In this document: one piece after another, positions 23,710-33,251 of the stretch
Layout of the letters: every line of letters starts with the position of its first letter
How positions within the stretch are numbered: the first letter of the stretch is position 1
NCBI GenBank assembly: GCA_963700285.1
Contig: CAVOXA010000001.1
Location: 32,001 to 96,000 of the forward strand
Source: an uncultured Chloroflexia bacterium
Lineage (GTDB): Bacteria > Chloroflexota > Anaerolineae > JAAYZQ01
Reading direction: 5' to 3'
DNA length: 64,000 bases
The notes under the pieces: model-generated
The model's database searches: none
Told to the model about the DNA's origin: nothing
The model's input: only the letters and a program-made list of their open reading frames with translations
Program-made: the position numbers and the translations under genes

Positions 23710-24513
23710 ATGAATGGTATGAACAACCGAGTTTTTATTCTGATCGTGGTGGCGCTCCTGGCCGCAGTGTTATTGCTGTGTGGTGTTGTGGGTATCGTGG
23801 CCATTGGCAGGAGCACGCTCGTTGCCCGCCAGCCCGAACTCACCGCCACGCCGACCAAAACACCCAAACCTACCTTTACGGTGACCCTTACGCCGACCGA
23901 GACGCCGATCCCGACCAACACACCGATCCCGACCAACACGCCGCTGCCGACCAATACGCCGACGGACACTCCGGTGCCGCCGACGCTCACCTTTACGCCG
24001 CTGCCTACCGACACGCCGCTGCCACTGCCTACCGACACGCCGCTGCCACCGCCTACCAACACACCAAAACCCACGGCAAGGCCACAGCCCAGGCCTACAC
24101 AGATGCCTACACCCAAGCCGCAGCCGACTGCACCGCCAAAGCCCCAGTTCGCATGGCGAGGAGAGGTCACCAATACCTTTGTGAACTGCGGTGGTACACG
24201 ACTTTTCGGGTTCACGCTGGACAGCGGTGGTGGACTGGCCGGTGATATCTGGGTTCACTACTGGGCTGACGGTTGGAACGGAGCCTGGGCCAAGTCACTG
24301 TGGACCGACTTTGGGGCAGGAACTTCGTGGAAGGGCGATGAAGGGAATTGGGATGGGACGATTGACAACAAGATGCGCCAAGGAGTCTGGCACACCTGCA
24401 TCGTCCCGTCCGAAGGGAGCTGGGACTGTGTCTCGAATACGGTTGATGCGGCAACTGATTTCGATTGTGAATCCGGCGTCCAGATTGTCCATATCACGTT
24501 CACCAAGAACTAG
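23710..24513 (+). CDS. Membrane-anchored Pro/Thr-rich protein, paralogue of 12217-12990
   Basis: GGAGG RBS, TM helix, TP repeats and a C-domain with CGG and WADGW. Confidence 0.75.
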   Translation: MNGMNNRVFILIVVALLAAVLLLCGVVGIVAIGRSTLVARQPELTATPTKTPKPTFTVTLTPTETPIPTNTPIPTNTPLPTNTPTDTPVPPTLTFTPLPTDTPLPLPTDTPLPPPTNTPKPTARPQPRPTQMPTPKPQPTAPPKPQFAWRGEVTNTFVNCGGTRLFGFTLDSGGGLAGDIWVHYWADGWNGAWAKSLWTDFGAGTSWKGDEGNWDGTIDNKMRQGVWHTCIVPSEGSWDCVSNTVDAATDFDCESGVQIVHITFTKN

Positions 24514-24532
24514 ATTCAATGCTGGGTTTGAG

Positions 24533-24560
24533 AAGGCCGGGCAGTCTTGTCCGGCCTTTT
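24533..24560 (+). terminator. Intrinsic terminator
   Basis: aaggccgggca...tgtccggcctttt. Confidence 0.65.
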
Positions 24561-24727
24561 GCGTTACTTTGACCATGAGCGACAACAACCCCTTTCGGGG
24601 GTGTGTGCGAGGCATCCGGACCTCCAGACTGACTGCCAGACTGCGAGCCACGCTACGTTGCTCCGCAACCCGCCTCCAGTTGTGAGTTGAGGGTAGAACG
24701 CTGAAAAGGAACCTGTTCCTCCCGATC

Positions 24728-27700
24728 GTGGTGGTACTGATGGCCGTTCTGGGTATTCCTGCTGCTGCCCAGGAATCGGCTTCTTTGACCATATACCTCC
24801 TCCATGATGGGCAGATCGCACCTGTGTCCAGGGACGTTATATTGAATGCTGATGTCCAGATTGATGCTGAGCTGCTGCTCACAGCCCTCCTGGCCGGGCC
24901 TCTGCCTGAAGAGCGAACGGATGGCCTAACCTCGCCATTGCCTCCGGACTCCGGTCTGGCCGCGGTCCGGGTCGCCGGGGATGAGGTCACGGTTGATCTC
25001 CAGCTGCCCTCGGGCTTTTTGCGGCATGAACTGGATCCCTACCTCAGCGACGCCATCGTCGAGCTTGTCGCCAAGACGCTCCACCCCCTCGGCCTCCACC
25101 ATATAAATGTCCGCGCACAAACCGAGGATGGGGCTTTTGCCCCTTTGTCCGATTTTCTCGCGCGCCCGCCCACCCTGATCTCTGGCATGCCGGCCAACGC
25201 AGATGCGGCTCCGGATCGCATGGGGCCGCTGCCTGAAGGCCCTGGTGCAACCCCAGATATTTCAGGCCAGCCACCGGTCTCTGGGCAGGGGCAGCCGCGG
25301 GGCGCGCTAACCGGCAAGACGGTCTGGCTCAGCGCCGGCCACGGCTGGTACTGGAGCAGCACCCTGAATCGGTGGACCACGCAGAGGGGCAACAATCATG
25401 GCCTTGTTGAGGACTTGACTAATGCTGAAGCCGTGAACTATTACCTGGCCCGCTATCTCTGGAACGCAGGCGCTGACGTCTGGCTCGTGCGCGGGCGGGC
25501 CATGACCGAGCATGAGATCATTGTGGACAATGATGGTGGCGCCCCCGCCTATGTGGAGACAGGTGACTGGCAAACCAGCGCCTCACCTGGCTATCAGGAA
25601 GGTACCTACCGCTGGGCCAGCACCTTTGAAACGCCCTCAGCAACGGCAACCTGGACACCAGACCTCCCCAGCGCGGGCTGGTACGCGGTTTGGGCCTGGT
25701 ACCGCCATGGCGCCAACCGTCCGGCGGAAGCCCGCTACGAGATCCATCATGCTGGTGGCACGACGGCGGTCAGCATTTCCCAGGAAGTCCATGGTTTGAC
25801 CTGGCGATACCTGGGCGACTATTACTTCCAAGCTGGCCGGGCCGGGCATGTCACCTTGCTCAACGGCTCCAGCGATCCGGAACAGGCCGTCGTTGCCGAT
25901 GCCATCCGCTTTGGCGGAGGCGTGGGTAGTGTGGCGGAGCCGGGTGGTGCCAGCGGCAAACCGCGTTGGGAGGAGGCGGCCAAGTATTGGGCCCGGTACC
26001 AGGGCGCCCCAGACGAGGTTACAGAATACGACGCAACATCTCGTCCCCTCTATGCCGAGTGGGAAATGGCCAAGGGCTATCCTGGTGATGCACAGAACAG
26101 CGTCTACATCTCCTGGCATACCAATGCCGGCGGTGGTACCGGTACTGAAAGCTATATTCACAACACCGAACCAACTGCCGGCAGTGCGGCCCTTCAGGAT
26201 TGGGTCCACGCTGAACTGATCCATGACCTCAGGGCGGCCTGGAACCCACAGTGGGTGGATCGCGGCCAGAAGCGGGCAGATTTCAGTGAGGTGCGGGAAC
26301 TATCCACCATTCCTGGCCTGTTGCTGGAAGTAGCATTCCACGATACAACCGACCCCGGCGATGCCGACGATCTTGCCGAGCCGATCTTTCGCCAGATCGC
26401 GGCCCGCGCCGTGTATCAGGGCATAGTCAAGTACTATGCCAACCGCGAAAGCGGGCCAGTTCGCCTGCTGCCAGAGCCTCCCCTTGGTCTATCCGCCCGG
26501 AGTACGGGATCTGGTCAGGTGACCCTGACCTGGTCCGCGCCGCCCTGCTGCGACGGCGTGGGTGGGGGTGCCGCCACATCCTTCAAGGTTTATCAGAGCA
26601 CCGATGGGCGGGCCTTTGACAACGGCACCCACGCGGCCAACCCCTCTCTCATCGTGAGCAACGTGCCACCTGGTACCCTCCGCTTCTTTCGCGTCACCGC
26701 CATCAACGAGGGCGGTGAGTCGTTTCCCACGCCGGTCGTCGCCGTGCGCACTCCTGAGACCGGCAAAGGTACCTCCTTTCTCATCGTGGACAGCTTTCAA
26801 CGGCTGGATCAGGCCGCCCTGGTCCCGCAATATGAAGCCTCGAACCTGGGCACTGATCGACGCATGTTCCTGGAGCGCATGAACCGCTACGACTATGCGG
26901 TCGAGCACGGGCAGGCCCTTGCTGCTTGTGGGCTCGCCTTCGATGGCGCGGCCAGCGAGGCGGTTGAGGCTGGTGATATCGCTCTGCGCGCTTATCCTGC
27001 CCTGGACTGGTTCGCCGGTGAGGATTCCGTTGCCGACGCTGCACTTGGTGACAGGGAGCAAAGCCTGTTGGCCACCTATCTCAACGGGGGTGGCAAGCTT
27101 CTCATTTCTGGCAGCAACATAGGCTACGACCTGGTGGGCCAGGGGCGGGCCCCGGCCTTTTACCGCGATTTCCTCCGGGCGGCGTACTTGGGTGATGACG
27201 CTGGTACCCATGACTTTGTAGGTGTGCCAGGCGGCCCCTTTGAGGGACTGGCCGGCAGCTTTGACGATGGTTCAGGCGGTATCTACGAGGTAGAGTCTGC
27301 CGACCGGCTCGCTCCCACCGCTGGCTCGGCCCAGGTGCTGACCTATACCGGCGGCGCTGGCGGTGGCGCCGCCGTTGCTTACCAGGGAGACTACGCTGTC
27401 CTCCACTTTGGCTTTCCGCTGGAGGCTATTAGCGATCCTCAGGTACGTTCTGTTCTCTTTTGCGCTGCAGCGGAGGAGCTGTTGGGCAATGCGATGCCGC
27501 CGGAGGGAACCTGCTCCCCGCGACTCATCAATCCTGGGTTTGAGGGCGGCAAGGACCAGGCATCCTGGACGATTGACTCCACCGGCGGAGGCCCGGTTCT
27601 CGCCCATCGTGACGACTTGCCGCCAACCGTGGAACCGCACAATGGTGACTGGCTGGCCTGGCTGGGCGGGCGCACGCCCGGGACCCGGGTTACCACAACC

Positions 27701-29452
27701 CTCACACAGGTCGTGGCGCTCCCGCCCGGCGAGCCGTCTGTCTCCTTGAGCTTGTCTTGGTCTGTCCACCTCGGAGCGGCCGGACCTGCTATGGACGATA
27801 CGCTGTCCATCGGCATCGCTGACCTCAACGGCAACCATCTGGCCGAGCTGTTGACCATCAGCGGACAATCTCAGTCCGGTACATGGCAGGCTTCCGAGTT
27901 CCATCTGGATGCCTTTGCCGGTCAGACGGTGCAACTTGTGATCCGCGCCGAAAGCAACCATACAGCCTTCTTTGTGGACGATACAAGCCTCACCACCTGT
28001 GGGCCACAGGGGCCGGACGAGTACCGTGCCCTGTGGGTGGATGCCTACCACGACGGGGCCAAGACTCCTCAGCAGATAGACGAGCTGATAGAGACTGCTC
28101 AAGCTGGCAACTTCAATACCCTTTTTGTCCAGGTCCGGCGACGTGGGGATACTTACTACCCTTCAGGGATCGATCCCTGGGCCCCCGATGCAAGATCTGG
28201 TTTTGACGCCCTGGAGTATCTCATCCAGCGGGCCCATGCAGCAGGTATCGAGGTTCACGCCTGGGTGACCGCTCTGGCTATTTGGGGCGGGGACACTCTG
28301 CCCACCGCGCCCGAACATGTCTTCAACCAGCACGGGTCAGGCGCCGAGGGTCGCGACAATTGGCTGATGACCAGCCACGGCCACGAGGACCGCCCGGATG
28401 ATGGGGTCTATTACTTGGACCCCGGTCACCCTGACGCCCTGGACTATACGGTGGCCATTAATGTCGAGCTGGCAAGTCGCTATGACCTCGACGGTTTGCA
28501 TCTGGATCGCATTCGTTATCCGTGGCAGAATTGGGGATACAATCCCACATCGCTGGCCCGCTTCCAAGCCCTTACGGGGCGCGACGACCGGCCCCAGCCC
28601 GACGATGCGCAGTGGCTGCAATGGCGGCGTGACCAGGTCACAGCCCTGGTGCGCAAGGTGTACCTGACCACGACGGCTGTCAATCCACGGCTGAGGGTTA
28701 GTGCGGCCCTTTCGGCTGCTGATGCATCGCCGGGTGAGACCACTCCCTGGGTCACCCGTACCCCGTACACCCACCACCTGCAAGACTGGCCGGCCTGGCT
28801 GCAGGAGGGTATCATCGATCTGGGTATGCCCATGATCTATCGCGACCAAGATACCGCGGCCGGCGACTTTGATGGGTGGATTGATTGGGCAAAGGACCAT
28901 CAATATGGTCGAGCGTTAGTGCTGGGCTCGGGGCTCTACCTCAATACTGTTGAAGACAGTATGGCCCAATGGCGCGAGATCCGCCAGCCCTCCAGAACTG
29001 GAAACCAGGCCCTCGGGATTGTCGGCTACAGCTATGCCACTCCCAGCAATGCTCAAACGTCGCACCGAGCCCTTGCGAACCTGGCAGCGACTCGAGTGTT
29101 CACCGAATCGGCCTTTGTACCAGACATCTCATGGAAAGACACCCCCTCGACGGGTCATCTGATGGGTATTCTCGGGCCAGCTCTGCCCTGCCGGCCTGCC
29201 CTGGACGGCCAGATCCTGACCCTCACGGGGCCGCAGGTCCGTACATTGCTGGCGGATGGCAGCGGCTGGTTCGGCGCTGTCGATCTCCTACCTGGCCGGT
29301 ACCGGCTCACCACAGAGATTGTGACCCCGAGCTGGGTGATAAACGTTCCGGTGACTGTGACCCCGGGGGCCGTTACGGAAAGGCAGATCGTCCTGCCCGA
29401 CTGCCGGCAGCCCCTGCAAAAGCTCTATCTACCGTTGATCCAGAGGCAATAG
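24728..29452 (+). CDS. Large secreted multidomain cell-wall/glycan hydrolase (GerMN, Amidase_3, FN3, GHL10/DUF187)
   Basis: Signal peptide; LSAGHG..E, SWHTNA and LLEVAFHD amidase motifs; RALWV, QVRRRGD, DPGHPD and DGLHLDRIRYP GHL10 motifs; LYLPLIQR tail. Start may be slightly upstream. Confidence 0.8.
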   Translation: MVVLMAVLGIPAAAQESASLTIYLLHDGQIAPVSRDVILNADVQIDAELLLTALLAGPLPEERTDGLTSPLPPDSGLAAVRVAGDEVTVDLQLPSGFLRHELDPYLSDAIVELVAKTLHPLGLHHINVRAQTEDGAFAPLSDFLARPPTLISGMPANADAAPDRMGPLPEGPGATPDISGQPPVSGQGQPRGALTGKTVWLSAGHGWYWSSTLNRWTTQRGNNHGLVEDLTNAEAVNYYLARYLWNAGADVWLVRGRAMTEHEIIVDNDGGAPAYVETGDWQTSASPGYQEGTYRWASTFETPSATATWTPDLPSAGWYAVWAWYRHGANRPAEARYEIHHAGGTTAVSISQEVHGLTWRYLGDYYFQAGRAGHVTLLNGSSDPEQAVVADAIRFGGGVGSVAEPGGASGKPRWEEAAKYWARYQGAPDEVTEYDATSRPLYAEWEMAKGYPGDAQNSVYISWHTNAGGGTGTESYIHNTEPTAGSAALQDWVHAELIHDLRAAWNPQWVDRGQKRADFSEVRELSTIPGLLLEVAFHDTTDPGDADDLAEPIFRQIAARAVYQGIVKYYANRESGPVRLLPEPPLGLSARSTGSGQVTLTWSAPPCCDGVGGGAATSFKVYQSTDGRAFDNGTHAANPSLIVSNVPPGTLRFFRVTAINEGGESFPTPVVAVRTPETGKGTSFLIVDSFQRLDQAALVPQYEASNLGTDRRMFLERMNRYDYAVEHGQALAACGLAFDGAASEAVEAGDIALRAYPALDWFAGEDSVADAALGDREQSLLATYLNGGGKLLISGSNIGYDLVGQGRAPAFYRDFLRAAYLGDDAGTHDFVGVPGGPFEGLAGSFDDGSGGIYEVESADRLAPTAGSAQVLTYTGGAGGGAAVAYQGDYAVLHFGFPLEAISDPQVRSVLFCAAAEELLGNAMPPEGTCSPRLINPGFEGGKDQASWTIDSTGGGPVLAHRDDLPPTVEPHNGDWLAWLGGRTPGTRVTTTLTQVVALPPGEPSVSLSLSWSVHLGAAGPAMDDTLSIGIADLNGNHLAELLTISGQSQSGTWQASEFHLDAFAGQTVQLVIRAESNHTAFFVDDTSLTTCGPQGPDEYRALWVDAYHDGAKTPQQIDELIETAQAGNFNTLFVQVRRRGDTYYPSGIDPWAPDARSGFDALEYLIQRAHAAGIEVHAWVTALAIWGGDTLPTAPEHVFNQHGSGAEGRDNWLMTSHGHEDRPDDGVYYLDPGHPDALDYTVAINVELASRYDLDGLHLDRIRYPWQNWGYNPTSLARFQALTGRDDRPQPDDAQWLQWRRDQVTALVRKVYLTTTAVNPRLRVSAALSAADASPGETTPWVTRTPYTHHLQDWPAWLQEGIIDLGMPMIYRDQDTAAGDFDGWIDWAKDHQYGRALVLGSGLYLNTVEDSMAQWREIRQPSRTGNQALGIVGYSYATPSNAQTSHRALANLAATRVFTESAFVPDISWKDTPSTGHLMGILGPALPCRPALDGQILTLTGPQVRTLLADGSGWFGAVDLLPGRYRLTTEIVTPSWVINVPVTVTPGAVTERQIVLPDCRQPLQKLYLPLIQRQ

Positions 29453-29536
29453 GCCATTGCCTGGTTTGCGGACAAGACAACTCGTGTCAATGCTATTGGT
29501 GACCGCATGGGTTCGGTTGTTTCGAACCTTGACTTT

Positions 29537-29565
29537 TTGACCCTCCAGCCGGTTTTGGGTATAAT
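29537..29565 (+). promoter_or_regulatory. Sigma70 promoter of the hdr-like operon
   Basis: TTGACC-17 bp-TATAAT. Confidence 0.7.
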
Positions 29566-29620
29566 GGCAGCATAGGTGCAAACATGCACGATCGCTTTTG
29601 GTGAGCAAGGGAGACGCCAT

Positions 29621-30614
29621 ATGGAACATGACCTGCGCTTGACGATCTTTTGGATCGTCCATCTGCTTCTGCTCGGCCTCTTTGCCCTTGAACTTGCCTT
29701 TGTCCTGTCCGTGTGGCTCAAGGCCAGGGTACCAGGGCTTCCAGCCGACGCCTCCCGGTGGCGCAAACTGGGCGCAGCATTGGGCTCTGGGTTCAGGCTG
29801 GTGTTCAGCCGGCGATCTGGACCCTGCTGAAGGCGCTGGTCGTGGACGGCATGGTCCACCGCCGGCTCTATCACATCGACCTGCGGCGCTGGGCTGTCCA
29901 CATCGCGGTTTTTGGCTCGTGGCTGGTGCTGGGTATTCTTTCGACCATCACCGGCGTTGTCGTCGAGATCCTACCCTTGCTGGGCATGAGCCCCTGGAGG
30001 CCGCCTCCCTGCCCATCATCGGCCCTCTGTACCACGCCGACGTGTGGTGGGTTGCTCTGCTCAATGAAGTGCTGGGACTGGTCGTGCTGGGCGGTATGAT
30101 TCTGGTGATCTATCGCCGCTATGTCCAGAAGGATCCTCAGCTGCGAACCATCCCCGCGGACAGTATCGTCATCACGTTCCTGACCCTCATCGCCTTTAGC
30201 GGTTTTCCGGCGGAGACCTTTCGATTGCTGGCCGACTATACGACACCCGCAGGGAGTCTTTGCTCCCAGCCCGATCCATGCTGCCCCCGGACAAACTTCC
30301 GCCTGTTCTGTACGATCGTCTGGGGGCCCCAGTGGGGGTTCGCCGGCTACCTGTCTCAGCCCTCGGTCTCGGAGCACTGCGGGTCAGCCCCGAGGTTTGG
30401 GACCTGTTCCACAACCTCTTCGTTCTGGCTGCATTTCGTCATTGTCACTGCCCTGCTGTTCCTCCTGCCCTTCAGCCGCTTCTTCCACGTGATCATGAGC
30501 CCCGTCATCGTCGCCTACAATACGGTGGCGGAGCAGGAGGCTCACGATGAGCGCCTGCGTCACCGCCGGAAGATGCCGCACATTGCTGCTGGGCCCCAGG
30601 CGCCAGCAGCGTAG
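29621..30614 (+). CDS. NarI/HdrE/DsrM-like membrane cytochrome b subunit, frameshifted
   Basis: Multiple TM segments; RWAVH and LHF...LPFSRFFH heme-ligand patterns. Confidence 0.7.
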
Positions 30615-30626
30615 GGAGGAGAAGCA

Positions 30627-31857
30627 ATGGCCAGGGAGAACCGGAAAGTAGATCTGGCGAATTTCACCCTGCATCAGATGATGGAGATGGAGGCCTGCAC
30701 CCGCTGTGGTGAGTGTATCGAGAGCCTGCCCCACCTTTGCCGAGGCGCAGAGCGAAGAGATTCATCCCCTGCAAAAGATCACCCGGATCAAGAATTTCTG
30801 GAAGGCCGACCATCTGGGGTTCCTGGCGCGGCTGTTCGGCATCCGTCCGCCCACGGAGGACGAAAGGGCAGCCTTTGGCCGGGGGGTCTACCAGTGCACG
30901 CTCTGCGCCCGTTGCCACGTGGTCTGTCCGGTGCAGATCGATACCCGCCCGCTTTGGATCTCGATGCGCGAGCAGTTGGTCGAATGGGGCCTTTACCCTG
31001 AGGTCTTTGACACCCTGAGGGATCGCGTCACCAGCCAGTACAATATCTCGGGGGAGGACAATGCCAATCGCCTGGTCTGGACAGAGAACATGGACCAAGT
31101 CCCCGAGGGCCTGGAACGCAAAATAGGTGCGGACACCGTCTATTTCGTGGGTTGCGTCGGGTCCCTGTATCCCCGCGTGTATAGCGTGCCCCAGAGCTTT
31201 GTCCAGATCCTGGAACGCGCCGGTGAGGACTTTACCACGCTGGGTGGCGAGGAATGGTGCTGCGGCTTCCCGCTGCAGATTGCCGGAATGGGCAAATCGG
31301 CCCTGGATCTGGCTCGCCACAATGTCGAAGCGGTACAGGCCATCGGCGCCCGGCGGTTGGTAGCCACCTGCCCTTCCTGTTACCATACCTGGGTGCACGA
31401 GTATCCCCGCATTCTCGGAGAGCCGCTGGGGGTGGAAGTGCTCCATGCCACTGAACTACTAGGTGAGCTGATTGCTGAACGGAGGATCGAACTGCGCGGT
31501 TTCCCGCAACCGGTGACCTATCACGACCCCTGTGACCTGGGCCGTACCAGCGCCATCTATGATGAACCGCGCGAGATCATCCAGGCCATCCCCGGCATCC
31601 AGTTCACCGAAATGGCTGATAATCGGGAGATGGCCCTGTGCTGCGGTGGCGGGGGCGACGCCGAAATGGCCGATGCCCAGCTGACGGCCGCCGTCGCCAG
31701 GCGCCGCATCGAGCAGGTCCAGGAGACAGGCGCCAAGGTGGTGATCTCTGCCTGCCAGCAGTGCAACCGCACGCTGGCAGAGGCCGCCCGCAGAAATCGA
31801 ATCCGCGTCCGAGCCATGGATATTACCGAGGTGGTTTTGGCCGCGATGGAAGAATGA
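30627..31857 (+). CDS. HdrD-like Fe-S oxidoreductase (2x[4Fe-4S] plus two CCG domains), frameshift near 30720
   Basis: CTRCGEC..CP, CTLCARCHVVCP, YFVGC, EWCCG, CPSC, YHDPC, LCCGGGG and CQQC motifs. Confidence 0.85.
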
Positions 31858-31889
31858 ATACCCAACCGGATAGAGGGAGGTAAGGAACC

Positions 31890-32306
31890 ATGAAGATCGA
31901 TCAATACGAGTTCCCCGACGATCTACTTTTCGATCTGGAGCACAATTGGGTCCGTATCGAGGGAGGCACGGCGACCATCGGCCTGAGTGACTTTGGGCAG
32001 GACTTGGCTGGCGAGATCGTCTACGCCGAGATGCCCCGGGTGGGCCGGGAAATCATACAGGGCCAGGCTTTCATGTCCTTGGAATCGGGCAAGTGGGTCG
32101 GCCGTGTCAAGGCCATTGTCAGCGGCAAGATCACCGAGGCCAACGAAGAGATCGAGTGGGAGAGCACCGTCATCAACGAGGATCCATATGGGGAAGGCTG
32201 GTTTGCCAAGGTGGAGCTTTCCGACCAGCCGGAGGGCCTCATGAAGCCATCTGACCCTGAATTTGCTGCGCTGATCGCTGCTGAACGGGAAAAGTACGGC
32301 AAGTAG
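31890..32306 (+). CDS. Lipoyl-carrier protein (GcvH/LbpA-like)
   Basis: HNWVR...ATIGLSDF, ESGKWVG (lipoyl Lys) and INEDPYGEGW. Confidence 0.88.
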   Translation: MKIDQYEFPDDLLFDLEHNWVRIEGGTATIGLSDFGQDLAGEIVYAEMPRVGREIIQGQAFMSLESGKWVGRVKAIVSGKITEANEEIEWESTVINEDPYGEGWFAKVELSDQPEGLMKPSDPEFAALIAAEREKYGK

Positions 32307-32519
32307 TTTCCACTGGCCAGATCGGGACTGCTCATGCTGTACTCAATGGAACGCTCCGTGCCAAAGCGTCACCTCGCTGGGACTGGGCGTGTGCTGTGTC
32401 AGTTTTGGGGCAGGCTGGCATCTTGTGGTATAATGGCCACCGAACATAGTTTGTAGGGTACAGTCAGGAAAGTCTTGGGTTTCACCTTTCCTGACAAGCG
32501 GCACGTCACGCCTACAATA

Positions 32520-32672
32520 GGTGGCAGGCAGGGCGGCCTGCCCAGAGGGGTATGGGGCCGCCCACGGCACTGAACTCTGGGGAAAGGGCCCCGGTCATAA
32601 AGTCGATTGGGTCTAGCGAGAGTCAGATTGTCTGCCACCGTTCAGCGGCCATCCTCGCAGACCCCTTTTTTT
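32520..32672 (+). promoter_or_regulatory. Candidate structured leader/attenuator with intrinsic terminator upstream of the FDH operon
   Basis: Stems 32520-30/32629-39 and 32531-38/32556-63, and a competing terminator 32609-20/32654-64 followed by T7. Confidence 0.45.
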
Positions 32673-32729
32673 GTTGGCGGAAATGCAAGGTGGCTATTCT
32701 TTGCCATCAAGTTGATAGGAGAAGCGCAG

Positions 32730-33233
32730 ATGTGTACGACGGCCAACAAGGCAATTGATCTTGATCTAATGAGTCCGATCTTTGAAAAGTACCGGGAGCA
32801 AAAGGGGGCTCTGATCCCCATCCTGCAAAAGTCGCAGGATATCTATGGCTATCTGCCGCCTGAGGCCCTGCAGCTCATCGCCGACCAGCTTGGTGTGGCC
32901 TTGGGCAAGGTCTATGGCGTGGCTACCTTTTATTCCCAGTTCTACCTGGAGCCCAGAGGGCGGCACGTGCTCAAACTGTGCGATGGTACGGCCTGCCACG
33001 TCAAAGGCACGCCTTCTCTGGCCACTGCTGTGGAACATGCCTTTGGTATCGGTCCGGGGGAGACATCCGAGGATGGCGAACTCACGATGGAGCTGGTCTA
33101 CTGTGTCGGGTCCTGTGCGCTGGCTCCTGTGACGGTTCTGGACGACCAAGTGATCGGGCGCGCCCAGCCGGCGGCGCTGGTGCGTCGTTTGGAGAAAGAG
33201 ATCGCCAAGGGGAAAGAAGCATCGGACGCCTGA
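32730..33233 (+). CDS. NuoE/HydC-like [2Fe-2S] subunit
   Basis: ATFYSQF, CDGTACHVKG and CVGSCALAP motifs. Confidence 0.9.
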   Translation: MCTTANKAIDLDLMSPIFEKYREQKGALIPILQKSQDIYGYLPPEALQLIADQLGVALGKVYGVATFYSQFYLEPRGRHVLKLCDGTACHVKGTPSLATAVEHAFGIGPGETSEDGELTMELVYCVGSCALAPVTVLDDQVIGRAQPAALVRRLEKEIAKGKEASDA

Positions 33234-33251
33234 GCGGGATAGAAAGGAAAC

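Noticed and set aside
23880-24140. Tandem 18-24 bp repeats as a CRISPR array
   Set aside because: They are coding Pro/Thr repeats. No repeat-spacer array or cas gene was seen anywhere in the window.
32520-32600. Moco/Tuco riboswitch
   Set aside because: The context fits, but the GAAA-hairpin/CCUCCCG..GGAAAGG consensus is not matched. Kept only as an unassigned candidate.
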